Shown here: positions 28,248 through 38,047 of the stretch, in pieces
Layout of the letters: the number at the start of each line of letters is the position of its first letter
Numbering within the stretch: position 1 is the first letter of the stretch
NCBI GenBank assembly: GCA_049315725.1
Contig: JBMOJP010000005.1
Span: 1 to 51,188 of the forward strand
Length of the DNA: 51,188 nucleotides
Source: Chthoniobacterales bacterium
GTDB lineage: Bacteria; Verrucomicrobiota; Verrucomicrobiia; Chthoniobacterales; JACTMZ01
Direction of reading: 5' to 3'
Translations under genes and position numbers: made by a program
Notes under the pieces: generated by a model
Told to the model about the DNA's origin: nothing
Databases searched by the model: none
The model's input: only the letters and a program-made list of their open reading frames with translations

Positions 28248-28729
28248 GGTGAGGGAAAAAGCGCGATGTCCAAGGTCAAAGGATGTCCCCCGCAAGTCCA
28301 GTCCGTTCGGCAATGCTCCCCCTGCGAAGCAAAGGCTTGCTCGGGTCGGTGCGAGCGCACCACCGGAGTCTGGAGAAGGCCGGCAAAACCCTGTTGCGAT
28401 AGTTCGGAGGACAAACGACCGGCGACCATATTGCAAAGCTCGGCGGCGACATCGGCCAGTTCCTCGGGGGACGATTCGCCGGGTTGTCGTCCGAAAAGTT
28501 GCGCGGCCGCCTCGGCTGCGAAATCCAAAGGCATGGCCAGCGCGAACACGCCGTGCCACGATGGCCCCGACCATGGCACGGAGAAGCAGAGTCTTTCATC
28601 TGCGGCGCCACTCGGTTCGGTGAGGGTGGAGCACGGGGATACGCTGCGGTTCAGTTGGGTGGAAAACACCGTCTCGAGCGAGCGGCCTGCGAGGGAGGGA
28701 AGGTTGTGAGGTTTGGTGGGCGCGCTCAT
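28244..28729 (-). CDS. cheX: CheX-like CheY-P phosphatase
   Basis: W(S)GPSWHG...LADVAAELCNMVAG (ExxN motif)...LQTPVV; between cheB and cheY. Confidence 0.8.
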   Translation of the reverse strand: MSAPTKPHNLPSLAGRSLETVFSTQLNRSVSPCSTLTEPSGAADERLCFSVPWSGPSWHGVFALAMPLDFAAEAAAQLFGRQPGESSPEELADVAAELCNMVAGRLSSELSQQGFAGLLQTPVVRSHRPEQAFASQGEHCRTDWTCGGHPLTLDIALFPSP

Positions 28730-29790
28730 TTTTTTGATCCATCGTGGAGGCATTGCATGATGGCGGCCGGCATGTTGGAGAGCGTGACCACCCGGTCGAC
28801 CGCGTTGAGTTTGATGGCCGCTTGGGGCATCCCGTAGACCACGCAGCTGTCCTCATGCTCAGCCAGCGTGCTGGCTCCTGCCATGTGGAGGGCGAGCATG
28901 CCGCGGGCCCCGTCGACCCCCATGCCGGTGAGCAGCACACCGGTGGCATGATTTCCGGCGCAGTCGGCACCGGAGCGGAAAAGCACATCGACGGCGGGAC
29001 GGCAGTGGTGGAGGGGGGGCGACTGAGTAAGGCGCACCTTGTAGCCCAGCCCTGAATGCTGCAGCGCAAGGTGGTAATCGCCGGGCGCGACGAGACAAAG
29101 CCCCGGACGCAACTGCTGCCCTTGCTGGGCCTCGCAGACATCGTAGGGACAGAGCTCATGCAAGCGCTCGGCCATGAGCCGGGAGAAGTTGGGCGGGATG
29201 TGCTGCACAATGACAATGGGCGGTAGGCCGGCCGGGAGTCGGGGAAGAATGCTGCGGAGCGCCTCCACTCCGCCAGTCGAGGCTCCGATGAGGAGAATTT
29301 GCCGGGAGGAAAATCCGCCGGGCGGCGGGCTGCTGAACCGGGATTTTGCCTCGGGCGTGCCAGCGGCGGACTGCGGCACACTCCGCTTGGCCCGCGCTGC
29401 GGCTTTGACATAAAAGGCGAGGCGGTGCGACAACTCGCCCAGGCCGAGTTTGCCGTCGGGCTTGGCCAGCACATCGACCGCGCCGAGGGCAAGTGCCTCC
29501 ATGGCCTTGGCGGAACCGGTTTGAGTCAGCGAGCTGATGACCACGACGGGGAGCGGATGGTGCTCCATGAGAATTTTCAGAAACGTGAGGCCGTCCATGC
29601 GCGGCATCTCCAAGTCCAGCGTGATGACGTCCGGCTGCAGCTCGAGAATTTTTTCCCGAGCCTCATAGGGGTCGGCAGCGAGCCCGCACACCTCGAGTCC
29701 GGGATCGCGGGAAATCGCATCGGAGATGGCGCGGCGGGCGAGAGCCGAATCGTCGACGACGAGCACGCGGATTTTTTTCCCGATGATCAT
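28726..29790 (-). CDS. cheB: Chemotaxis methylesterase CheB
   Basis: REC plus IGASTGG, VQHIP, RPAVDVLF, LTGMGVDGA, VVYGMP. Confidence 0.95.
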   Translation of the reverse strand: MIIGKKIRVLVVDDSALARRAISDAISRDPGLEVCGLAADPYEAREKILELQPDVITLDLEMPRMDGLTFLKILMEHHPLPVVVISSLTQTGSAKAMEALALGAVDVLAKPDGKLGLGELSHRLAFYVKAAARAKRSVPQSAAGTPEAKSRFSSPPPGGFSSRQILLIGASTGGVEALRSILPRLPAGLPPIVIVQHIPPNFSRLMAERLHELCPYDVCEAQQGQQLRPGLCLVAPGDYHLALQHSGLGYKVRLTQSPPLHHCRPAVDVLFRSGADCAGNHATGVLLTGMGVDGARGMLALHMAGASTLAEHEDSCVVYGMPQAAIKLNAVDRVVTLSNMPAAIMQCLHDGSKK

Positions 29791-30620
29791 GGCAGCCGAT
29801 AGACCCCTTGCTGCACAGGCTCGAGGCTGTGTTTGATGCCGAACAGGCTTTCCGAATGGCCGACGATCAAATAGCCGCCGGGCGCGAGTTGCCTGGTCAG
29901 GCGCTGGATGAGCGTGGCGCGCGAGGGCGGGTCGAAGTAGATCATCACATTGCGGCAAAAGATGACGTGCTGCGAGGCGGGCACGGGGCAGTGGGGTTGA
30001 AAAAGATTGAAGCGCTCGAAGGCGATGCGCTCGCGCAACTCCGCCTTCACCCGACAGGATCCCTCGCGTGCACCGACGCCACGTTGAAAATAGCGTTTGA
30101 GGAGATCGGGTGGAACGGCTGAGGCGGTGTCGCTGCGGTAAATACCTTCGCGGGCACGCGTGAGCATGCGTCGCGAAATATCCGTGGCATGAATCCGCCA
30201 ATCGACCGAGGGGAAGGCGCGCAGAAACTCGGCGAGGACGATCCCCAGGGTGTAAGGTTCCTCGCCGGAGGAGCAGGCGGCTGACCAGATGTGGAGCGTG
30301 GCGGGTGTGGTCCGCACGAGCTGGGGCAGGACTTGCCTGGCGAGGAAGTTGAAGTGCTCGGGCTCCCGGAAAAATTTCGTGTGGTTGGTCGAGATGAGGT
30401 CGACGAGGTGGTCGATCTCCTCTCCGCCCGCGGGTGAACGCAGCAAGTCGCAGTATTCCCGGTAAGAGGCGAACTGCAGCGTGCGCAGGCGGCTGCGCAG
30501 GCGGTTGGAGAGCAGGGCATGCTTGTCCTCTCCCAAGTTGATGCGGCTGTGCTCGTAGACCAACTCGACGACGTAGCGGTAGGCGTCCTCGTCAAGGACA
30601 GGCTCGGCAGACCATTCCAT
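29787..30620 (-). CDS. cheR: Chemotaxis methyltransferase CheR
   Basis: TNHTKFFRE, IWSAACSSGEEPYT, ATDIS, IFCRNVMIYFD, GHSESL. Confidence 0.95.
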   Translation of the reverse strand: MEWSAEPVLDEDAYRYVVELVYEHSRINLGEDKHALLSNRLRSRLRTLQFASYREYCDLLRSPAGGEEIDHLVDLISTNHTKFFREPEHFNFLARQVLPQLVRTTPATLHIWSAACSSGEEPYTLGIVLAEFLRAFPSVDWRIHATDISRRMLTRAREGIYRSDTASAVPPDLLKRYFQRGVGAREGSCRVKAELRERIAFERFNLFQPHCPVPASQHVIFCRNVMIYFDPPSRATLIQRLTRQLAPGGYLIVGHSESLFGIKHSLEPVQQGVYRLP

Positions 30621-30652
30621 ATGCACGTCAGGGAGTCCCCGAGGGCTGGGAC

Positions 30653-32206
30653 TTAAAAGTTGCGGAAGTCGCTGTCCTCATCCCGGACGTTGTTGTCCTC
30701 CGGCATGGGAATGCCCGAGCGGCGCGTTTCGCGTGAGGGAGCGGAGGATTCAATTCGGCCATGGCCTTGGTCCTCTTTTTTGCCTCCGACAAAGCGACGG
30801 AGTCTCGCCACCATCTCCTGCATGGAGCGCGCCTGGGCGGAAAGCTCCTCCGCCGCGCTGGCGGTCTCCTCGGCGCTGGCCGCGTTGCTCTGGGTGACTT
30901 TTTCCATCTGGGTCATCGCGCTGTTGATCTGCTCGATGCCCAGCGACTGTTCACGCGCGGCATTGGCAATGTCTCCCACGAGGGAATCTGTCGCGCTGAC
31001 CGATCCGGCGATTTTCTGCAGGGAGTCGGCGACCTTCGCCGAGTTGGTCGAGCCGGTGCGGCTGTTCTCGATGGCCATGGCGATCTTCGCAGCGGTTTCC
31101 TTGGCCGCGGCCGCGCTGCGTTGCGCCAGCGAGCGCACTTCGTCAGCCACCACGGCGAAACCCGCGCCCGCTTCCCCGGCCCGCGCGGCTTCCACCGCGG
31201 CGTTCAGGGCGAGGATGTTGGTCTGGAAGGCGATTTCGTCGATGTCTTTGACAATTTTCGCCACTTCCGCACTCGAAGAGTCGATCGACTTCATCGCATC
31301 GCTCATCTCTCCCATGTTGACCGCGCCGGCGCTGGCCGCCGCGTGCGATTCGCCCGCGAGGGTCTTGGCCTTCTGCGCGTTCTCCGACGTCGAGCGGATC
31401 ATGCTGGTCATCTCCTCGAGCGAGGCGCTGGTTTCCTCGACAGAGGAGGCTTGTTCGCTGGCGCCGGACGACAGACTCTGGCTGGCCACGGAGACCTGGC
31501 GGGAGGCAGCCGCAGTCTGCAGTGCCCCGTGGTCGAGGCTGTTGGCCAGGCCTCGCAGCAAGCGGTTGGTCGTGCCTGAGATGAGCCACGCGAGCAAAGC
31601 AGTCAGCACCAAAGCGCCGACGAGGGTCAACCGGACGGCACGCAGACCGTGCTCGGCGATCGACTTCGCTTTGCTGGCCTCGGTTTGTCCCAACCGCACA
31701 TTGAATTCCAAGTGGCTGTCGATGGCCTGAATGAGCTTTTCGTAGGCCGACAGGGTCTCCTCCTTCCGCCTCTGGGTCTCCGATGGCTGGTTAGCGGCGA
31801 TCGCAGTGATCAACCGGTCCCTCGCTTGCATGAAAGTCGCGTGGTTCTTTCTTATTTCACCCAACAACCGGCTGTCCTCGTCGCTGATCACCATGGGGTC
31901 ATACTTTTTCGCGCCCTCCTCGATCCGGCGGCTTTGCTCGTCCGTTTCTTTTTGTAGTTCCCTGACCCGATCCGCCGACATCTCTGCATCAATCTGTTCC
32001 ACCGCGATCATCGTGTTGCGTGCCGCATTGGAGATGTTGCCGAGAATAACCAGGCTGGGAACGACGTTATCATTCAGCTCGGTGATGTTTTGCATCAGTG
32101 CCTCCATTTGCTTGAGGGCGAAAATTCCCAGGCCTGCGGTGATGAGGAGTCCGATGGCGAAGCCGGCGATGATGCGGCGAGATATGGTCCAGAAGTTGGA
32201 TTTCAT
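30653..32206 (-). CDS. Methyl-accepting chemotaxis protein (4-helix-bundle-type sensor), C-terminal DFRNF pentapeptide
   Basis: Two TM helices, helical periplasmic domain, [37 protein letters not shown] tip. Confidence 0.95.
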   Translation of the reverse strand: MKSNFWTISRRIIAGFAIGLLITAGLGIFALKQMEALMQNITELNDNVVPSLVILGNISNAARNTMIAVEQIDAEMSADRVRELQKETDEQSRRIEEGAKKYDPMVISDEDSRLLGEIRKNHATFMQARDRLITAIAANQPSETQRRKEETLSAYEKLIQAIDSHLEFNVRLGQTEASKAKSIAEHGLRAVRLTLVGALVLTALLAWLISGTTNRLLRGLANSLDHGALQTAAASRQVSVASQSLSSGASEQASSVEETSASLEEMTSMIRSTSENAQKAKTLAGESHAAASAGAVNMGEMSDAMKSIDSSSAEVAKIVKDIDEIAFQTNILALNAAVEAARAGEAGAGFAVVADEVRSLAQRSAAAAKETAAKIAMAIENSRTGSTNSAKVADSLQKIAGSVSATDSLVGDIANAAREQSLGIEQINSAMTQMEKVTQSNAASAEETASAAEELSAQARSMQEMVARLRRFVGGKKEDQGHGRIESSAPSRETRRSGIPMPEDNNVRDEDSDFRNF

Positions 32207-32245
32207 AATATAATGGTGTGTTGGGTTGGGTCGTTGTTGGTGCGC

Positions 32246-32797
32246 TTAGTTTTGGAGGGTGGCTTGCCCGTTCGGGCGTCGGAAGGCGCCGGGGGGCACG
32301 ATGTCGGCTGCGGTGAGCGTGATGGTGCCCTCTTCCTGAAAGATTTTTTCCGTCTCCAGCAGCGTCTTGACCCCGCCTTGGATGGTGGCGACGCCGCGGA
32401 TGTAGCGGGTGGAGGAGGAGGCGCCGAAGTCCGGGCAAGGTTCGATCTGCGAGACCGCGAGTTGGACCACCTCCTCCACGGCATCGACGATGACGCCGAT
32501 GAGGGTGGGGCGACCGGAGGAGGAGCCGAGTTGCAGGACGATGATGCAGGCCCGCTCGCCATATTCAGCCGGGGCCATGGAGAATTTGGCACGCAGGTCG
32601 AGGACGGGAATGACCGTGCCGCGCAGATTGATGACCCCGCGCACGTGCGGGGGCATGTTGGGCACCGGGGTGATCTGGCAAAGGCGGATGATCTCGCGCA
32701 CGTGGAGCACAGGCAGTCCGTAAGACTCCGCTCCCAAGGTGAAGGTAAGATACCGCGCGGGCTTGGCCTCGGTCACGACCGTCGGAGAGTGGCTCAT
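32246..32797 (-). CDS. cheW: Chemotaxis coupling protein CheW (copy 2)
   Basis: YLTFTLG.E.YGL, VREII, ITPVP, GVINLRGTVIPVLDLR, IGVIVDAVEEV. Confidence 0.95.
   Translation of the reverse strand: MSHSPTVVTEAKPARYLTFTLGAESYGLPVLHVREIIRLCQITPVPNMPPHVRGVINLRGTVIPVLDLRAKFSMAPAEYGERACIIVLQLGSSSGRPTLIGVIVDAVEEVVQLAVSQIEPCPDFGASSSTRYIRGVATIQGGVKTLLETEKIFQEEGTITLTAADIVPPGAFRRPNGQATLQN
32300..32787. repeat. 488-bp direct repeat, copy A (cheW core)
   Basis: Identical to 34553-35040 except one base (32330 C versus 34583 T) by manual comparison. Confidence 0.95.
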
Positions 32798-32798
32798 G

Positions 32799-34448
32799 TT
32801 AGAAGTTCCGGAAGTCCGAGTCGTGCTCGTCGGCGGGCATGGGGATGGCGCGTGCCATCTGCCCGGATTTTGTTTTGGTCCGCGGTGCCTCAAGGGGGCG
32901 ATAATCCTGCCGTGTTGTCTCGTTTTGACCTCCGACCAGCCGTTGCAGTTGGCCGACGAGATCCTGCAGGGTCTCGGCTTGCGCCGAGAGTTCCTCGGCC
33001 GCACTCGCGCTTTCCTCGGCGCTGGAGGCGTTGCTTTGCGTAACCCCCTCCATCTGGGCGATGGCCGTATTGATCTGGCCGATCCCCTGGGATTGTTCGT
33101 GCGAAGCATTGGCGATATCGCCGACCAGATCATCCGTCGAGGTAATCTTCTCGGCGATTCGCTTGAGTGCCTCCTCGACGCGGGCCGAGCGCTCCATGCC
33201 ATGGCGGCAACTCTCCAGACCTTCGCGGCTGCTGGCCAGATCGGCATCGATCTTGATCGCGGTTTCCTTCGCCGCGGCCGCGCTGCGCTGCGCAAGAGAG
33301 CGCACTTCGTCGGCGACGACGGCAAACCCCGCGCCAGCCTCGCCAGCTCGGGCGGCTTCCACCGCGGCATTCAAGGCAAGGATGTTGGTCTGGAAAGCGA
33401 TTTCATCGATGTCCTTGACGATCTTGGACACTTCCGCGCTCGAGGAGGCGATGGCGTTCATTGCGCGATTCATCGACTGCATGGTCGTCGTCATTTCCGC
33501 CACGGCTTGCGAGCCTTGACCGGCGACCGAGCAGGATTCCAAAGCGAGAGTTTTGGCTTTCTGGGCATTATCCGCAGTCGCTCGGATCATGCTCGTCATT
33601 TCCTCGAGGGAGGCGCTGGTTTCTTCGACGGATGCGGCTTGCTCGCTGGCTGCGGAGGAGAGCGTCTGGCTCGCCATGGCGACCTGGCGCGCAGCCGACG
33701 AAGTCTGCACCGAGCCCTGCTGAAGATTGGCCGCGATGTCGCGCAGCACATGGTTGGTCGAGCGCGAGATGGCGATCGCGAGCCAGACAGCCAAGGCGAG
33801 TCCGACCACCAACGCGACGCAGACGAAGATGATGGCGTTCCGCGCGGTGACTCGCCCGTCCGCGCCATCCCGGTTGGCCTGGTCGATGCTTTCTCGGAGC
33901 ATCACATCAACCGCATCCATGTAGCGGTCGAAGTCCGGTTGGACGCTTTCCTGAATCATGGTGAAGAGAGCCTGCCTGCCCTGTTCGGCTCCACCCGCTG
34001 CATTCGGTGCAGGGGCTGTCTGCAGCATCTCATGATAGCGGTGCACTTTTTCGACAAACGCGTCAGAGCTGACGGTATAAGCTTTGCGCGCGAGAAGAGT
34101 AGCTTCGAGCAGCCTCCTCTCTTCAGGTTGCAGGTGAGCGTTTTCCTGTTTGGCCAGTAGCTCTGTCACCTTGGAGCGTTGGCTTTTTATGCCGGCCTCC
34201 AACCCGGGGATCGCTTCCGGCGGCGCCTCCATGAGTTGTATGACTCCCATGAGCGCGCCGCGGGCCGAGTTGGAGATATCTCCATAGGTGACAACCTGCG
34301 GGAGCGATTCGTCCACCACAGCATGCAGGTCTTGTCTCACGTGAAAAATCCGCTCCAGAGAGAAGCCGCCGACCAGCATGAGGATGGAGACGAGGATGAT
34401 AAATCCGGTGTTCACTCTCCTCGAGATAGTCCAGTGGTGCATATTCAT
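32799..34448 (-). CDS. Methyl-accepting chemotaxis protein (4-helix-bundle-type sensor), C-terminal DFRNF pentapeptide
   Basis: MNMHHWTISRR start after an AC-rich leader; two TM helices; conserved signalling tip; one extra heptad in each cytoplasmic arm. Confidence 0.95.
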   Translation of the reverse strand: MNMHHWTISRRVNTGFIILVSILMLVGGFSLERIFHVRQDLHAVVDESLPQVVTYGDISNSARGALMGVIQLMEAPPEAIPGLEAGIKSQRSKVTELLAKQENAHLQPEERRLLEATLLARKAYTVSSDAFVEKVHRYHEMLQTAPAPNAAGGAEQGRQALFTMIQESVQPDFDRYMDAVDVMLRESIDQANRDGADGRVTARNAIIFVCVALVVGLALAVWLAIAISRSTNHVLRDIAANLQQGSVQTSSAARQVAMASQTLSSAASEQAASVEETSASLEEMTSMIRATADNAQKAKTLALESCSVAGQGSQAVAEMTTTMQSMNRAMNAIASSSAEVSKIVKDIDEIAFQTNILALNAAVEAARAGEAGAGFAVVADEVRSLAQRSAAAAKETAIKIDADLASSREGLESCRHGMERSARVEEALKRIAEKITSTDDLVGDIANASHEQSQGIGQINTAIAQMEGVTQSNASSAEESASAAEELSAQAETLQDLVGQLQRLVGGQNETTRQDYRPLEAPRTKTKSGQMARAIPMPADEHDSDFRNF

Positions 34449-34507
34449 ATTTGTTTGATGATTGATCGTTGGTGGTGGTGATTGTGGGTCGGGTATTGTC
34501 GCGTGAA

Positions 34508-35068
34508 TCAGGAGCGGTCCCCGAGAATGCGCGGCTGAGCATCGGGCGGAATGATGTCGGCTGCGGTGAGCGTGATGGTGCCTTCTTCCTGAAAGATTTT
34601 TTCCGTCTCCAGCAGCGTCTTGACCCCGCCTTGGATGGTGGCGACGCCGCGGATGTAGCGGGTGGAGGAGGAGGCGCCGAAGTCCGGGCAAGGTTCGATC
34701 TGCGAGACCGCGAGTTGGACCACCTCCTCCACGGCATCGACGATGACGCCGATGAGGGTGGGGCGACCGGAGGAGGAGCCGAGTTGCAGGACGATGATGC
34801 AGGCCCGCTCGCCATATTCAGCCGGGGCCATGGAGAATTTGGCACGCAGGTCGAGGACGGGAATGACCGTGCCGCGCAGATTGATGACCCCGCGCACGTG
34901 CGGGGGCATGTTGGGCACCGGGGTGATCTGGCAAAGGCGGATGATCTCGCGCACGTGGAGCACAGGCAGTCCGTAAGACTCCGCTCCCAAGGTGAAGGTA
35001 AGATACCGCGCGGGCTTGGCCTCGGTCACGACCGTCGGAGGGTGGAACGTTGCGCGTGGGGTGTTCAC
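34508..35068 (-). CDS. cheW: Chemotaxis coupling protein CheW (copy 1)
   Basis: Same core as copy 2; GTG start overlaps cheA stop. Confidence 0.95.
   Translation of the reverse strand: MNTPRATFHPPTVVTEAKPARYLTFTLGAESYGLPVLHVREIIRLCQITPVPNMPPHVRGVINLRGTVIPVLDLRAKFSMAPAEYGERACIIVLQLGSSSGRPTLIGVIVDAVEEVVQLAVSQIEPCPDFGASSSTRYIRGVATIQGGVKTLLETEKIFQEEGTITLTAADIIPPDAQPRILGDRS
34553..35040. repeat. 488-bp direct repeat, copy B (cheW core)
   Basis: Offset 2253 bp from copy A; 487/488 identical. Confidence 0.95.
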
Positions 35069-37317
35069 GTGGCTTGGCGGGCGTGTTTGGCGGGCGTTCC
35101 ATGGCCGCGATCAGAAAAGCGCACGAGGCTGTCCACATCGAAGATTAGTCCGACTGAGCCGTCCCCCAGCACCGCCGCCCCGGCGAGCAAGTGCTGGTTT
35201 TGAAATGATTGGCCCAAGCTCTTGATGACGACTTCCTGCTTGCCGATCAGTTCGTCGACCAGGAGGGCCCGGCAGGAGTCGCCGGACTCGACGACGACCA
35301 TGATGCCATCCTCCGGTTTGACCGCGCGGCTCGGGCGTCCCAGATAGGGGCCCAGGCGCAACACGGGAGTCTGGCGACCGCGAACGCTGACCACTTCACC
35401 GTGCTCTTGAATGGTGGAGACCATGCCGGGCCTGGCCCGGAAGGATTCGCGCACCGAGAGGGTGGGGATGATGTAGCGGTCGTCGCCAACGCCGACGAGA
35501 AGGCCGTCGATGATGGCCAAAGTGAGAGGAAGAATAATGGTGAAGGTCGTGCCCTCGCCGGGAACCGAGTCGATTTCGATTTTGCCGCGCAGGTTTTCGA
35601 TGTTGCGGCGCACTACGTCCATCCCTACCCCGCGTCCGGAGAGATCGGTCACTTTTTCGGCGGTGGAAAATCCCGGCATAAAGATCATCTCGTAGATCCG
35701 GGACGTGTCCGGCTCCTCGTCCGGCCCGATGAGGCCTCGCTCGCGGGCCTTGGCCAGAATGCGGGAGGCGTCGAGGCCTCGGCCGTCGTCGCGGATACGG
35801 ATGCAGATGCCGCCTCGCTGGTGGGACGCGCTCAGCATGATGGTGCCGAGGGAAAGCTTACCTGCCGCCATGCGCTCGGCAGGGCCTTCGAGGCCGTGGT
35901 CCACCGAGTTCCGCACCATGTGGACGAGAGGGTCGGAGAGTTTTTCCACGATGTTGCGGTCTAGCTCAGTATCCTCTCCCTCGAGCAGAAGTTGGATTTG
36001 CTTCTGCTGCTGGGCAGCCAGATCGCGCACGAGGCGCGACATTTTTTGGAAGACGCCGCGCACCGGAACCATGCGCAGGGACATGGCGTTGCGCTGGAGT
36101 TCGGCGGTGGTCCGACTCAGCTGGCGCAGGCAGCGATCAAGGGTCCGGCTGGTCAGGTTTTGCACTTCCGGATTTTGCACCACCATCGATTGGGCGATCA
36201 CCAACTCGCCGACCAGGTCCACGAGGTGGTCGAGCTTGAGCGTGTCTAATTTGACGAAGCCCGAGGAGGTCTCGGTGGTGGCAGGACCGGCTGACGTCGC
36301 CGGGGCGGAGGCTGCTCTTTTCGCCAGGGGCTGCGCCGCGCGCGAAGCCAGAGTCTTGCTGGAGGGCTTTTCCTCCTCGGCCGGCGGATCGATCTCGGGC
36401 GGTTCTTCGGACTGGTCGGCAGGGGAAGGGGTGAAGACTGGAGAGGGTTCAGGCGCGGCGGGAGGCAACTCCCCGCGCAGGGCCGCCTGCAGCCTTTGCA
36501 TGAGGGCGCTCGTGGGGACGACGATGGGTGAACCGGCCCCAGTTCCGTTGAGCTGCGCGCCGATCTCGCGGGTGAAGTGCTTGAGGGCGTCGGCTCCGGA
36601 CAAAATAAGATCAACGATAGGCGAGCTAATCGAAAGTTCACCGCGCCGTGCCGCGGCCAGCAGGGATTCCAGATCATGGGCCACATCCTGCATCGCGCCG
36701 AGGTGCAGGAAGCCTGCCCCGCCTTTGAATGTGTGGAAGGCTCGGAAAATGGAGTTGATCGTGTCGGCGTCCGTCGGGTTGCCCTCGAGGACAATGAGTC
36801 CCTCCTCAATGCTCTGCAGCAGCTCAACCGATTCACCATGGAATTCGCGGAGGAGTTCGCTGTCATCCTGCAAATTCAGCGTGATCGACTTTTCCTCGAC
36901 GCCGGGTGCCGCTTGGATGGTGCTGGCTGCGACTGACGGCGCTGGCGCCGGCGGCGGTGCGGTGGTGGCAGCTTCTCCCCATAGGGCCGGGGCAGCAGGC
37001 ATCGCTTCTCCGTGCTGCCAAGCGTCAATGACCCGCAACATCCACGGATGCCATGCGTTGAGGTTGGCGATAGTTTCCTCGGAGAATTTTGCCGAACCGT
37101 CCAGAGTGAGATCAATCCACTGCCGTGCGTCGCGCAAACCCGCGCTCAGTTGCGCCGGATCATCGGGCTGCGCGGCATCCTCCATGTCCATGAGGCAGCG
37201 GTTGATGGCAAGCAGACCTGTGTCTTCCCCCGGAATGGCGAATGCCAACTCCTCGCTCAACTGTTCAAGCAACTGGCTGATTTTTTCCGTTTGGCTGGCG
37301 ATCGCGGTCCTCTCCAT
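35065..37317 (-). CDS. cheA: Chemotaxis histidine kinase CheA
   Basis: Hpt FRAFHTFKGGAGF, dimerisation KLDHLVDLVGELVI, HMVRNSVDHG, DDGRG, PGFSTAEKVTDLSGRGVGMDVV, PLTLAI, C-terminal CheW-like P5. Confidence 0.96.
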   Translation of the reverse strand: MERTAIASQTEKISQLLEQLSEELAFAIPGEDTGLLAINRCLMDMEDAAQPDDPAQLSAGLRDARQWIDLTLDGSAKFSEETIANLNAWHPWMLRVIDAWQHGEAMPAAPALWGEAATTAPPPAPAPSVAASTIQAAPGVEEKSITLNLQDDSELLREFHGESVELLQSIEEGLIVLEGNPTDADTINSIFRAFHTFKGGAGFLHLGAMQDVAHDLESLLAAARRGELSISSPIVDLILSGADALKHFTREIGAQLNGTGAGSPIVVPTSALMQRLQAALRGELPPAAPEPSPVFTPSPADQSEEPPEIDPPAEEEKPSSKTLASRAAQPLAKRAASAPATSAGPATTETSSGFVKLDTLKLDHLVDLVGELVIAQSMVVQNPEVQNLTSRTLDRCLRQLSRTTAELQRNAMSLRMVPVRGVFQKMSRLVRDLAAQQQKQIQLLLEGEDTELDRNIVEKLSDPLVHMVRNSVDHGLEGPAERMAAGKLSLGTIMLSASHQRGGICIRIRDDGRGLDASRILAKARERGLIGPDEEPDTSRIYEMIFMPGFSTAEKVTDLSGRGVGMDVVRRNIENLRGKIEIDSVPGEGTTFTIILPLTLAIIDGLLVGVGDDRYIIPTLSVRESFRARPGMVSTIQEHGEVVSVRGRQTPVLRLGPYLGRPSRAVKPEDGIMVVVESGDSCRALLVDELIGKQEVVIKSLGQSFQNQHLLAGAAVLGDGSVGLIFDVDSLVRFSDRGHGTPAKHARQAT

Positions 37318-37531
37318 GTTCAAAGCTAGTGCAACGTAGCGGTGGAGGTGTGCATGAGTCGACAGGAAAGGCATCCCCTGCCGGAACAGTCCCTCACGAG
37401 GTCGCCTAGAGGGGCGACTTTTCTCCGGGTGCACCCTCGCGCGTCATGGGCGCGACTTTGTCGCCGTTATGATGCTTGGGATCCAAGGGACTCGTCGGCG
37501 GGGCTTCCGGCTCGGCGGTCCTGCGGACCGT

Positions 37532-37921
37532 CTATCTCCCTTCGGTCGGTTCCATCTCCCCGCGCGCGAAGTAGGTCTGGTCGTAAATGTTCTGCTCCTG
37601 GCCCTCCAAGCTGGTGAGGATGAAACGCGGGTTGGCCCCCACCACCGCAGCAGCCGCCATCGTAGCCGTGAAATGCACCCGGTCGTCGGTGGCGTCGAAG
37701 TCCAAGATCAGCTCGCTCGGAGCTTCTTTGAAACTTTGGATGAACAACTCCAAGAGCACCTTCGACATGGCCAAAGCTGTCGGCCAATCGGCACGTTGCT
37801 CCAAGCGGCACAACGTCGAGCTGCCAGCCGGTTCCTCACTGCGCTCCACCGCACTCTGCCACAGCAGGTCCACTGCGGCACTTCGCTAATTTTTGCTCCC
37901 TGCGTGAAACATCCGGGTTAG
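37532..37921 (-). mobile_element. IS1380-family transposase remnant
   Basis: AGSSTLCRLE...ELILDFDATDDRVH joined to NPRFILTSL...Y.ARGEME (central DDE region deleted); candidate end CCCGGATGTTTCAC at 37917-37904 next to TTAG. Confidence 0.8.
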
Positions 37922-37995
37922 TTCAACGGGCCAGTCCAACTCACCCGACTCGTCGCCACGCCGGACATTTGGTCGCTTGGCCCCGGGAAACAGCA

Positions 37996-38022
37996 ACGCC
38001 GCCGGGGAGGCCCCGGCGGCGT
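37996..38022 (-). terminator. Intrinsic terminator-like hairpin after glnA
   Basis: ACGCCGCCGGGG-CCT-CCCCGGCGGCGT (12-bp stem) then TGCTGTTT, 25 nt after the GSIII stop. Confidence 0.7.
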
Positions 38023-38047
38023 GCGGTGAGGTGGTTTTGGGCCCGGC

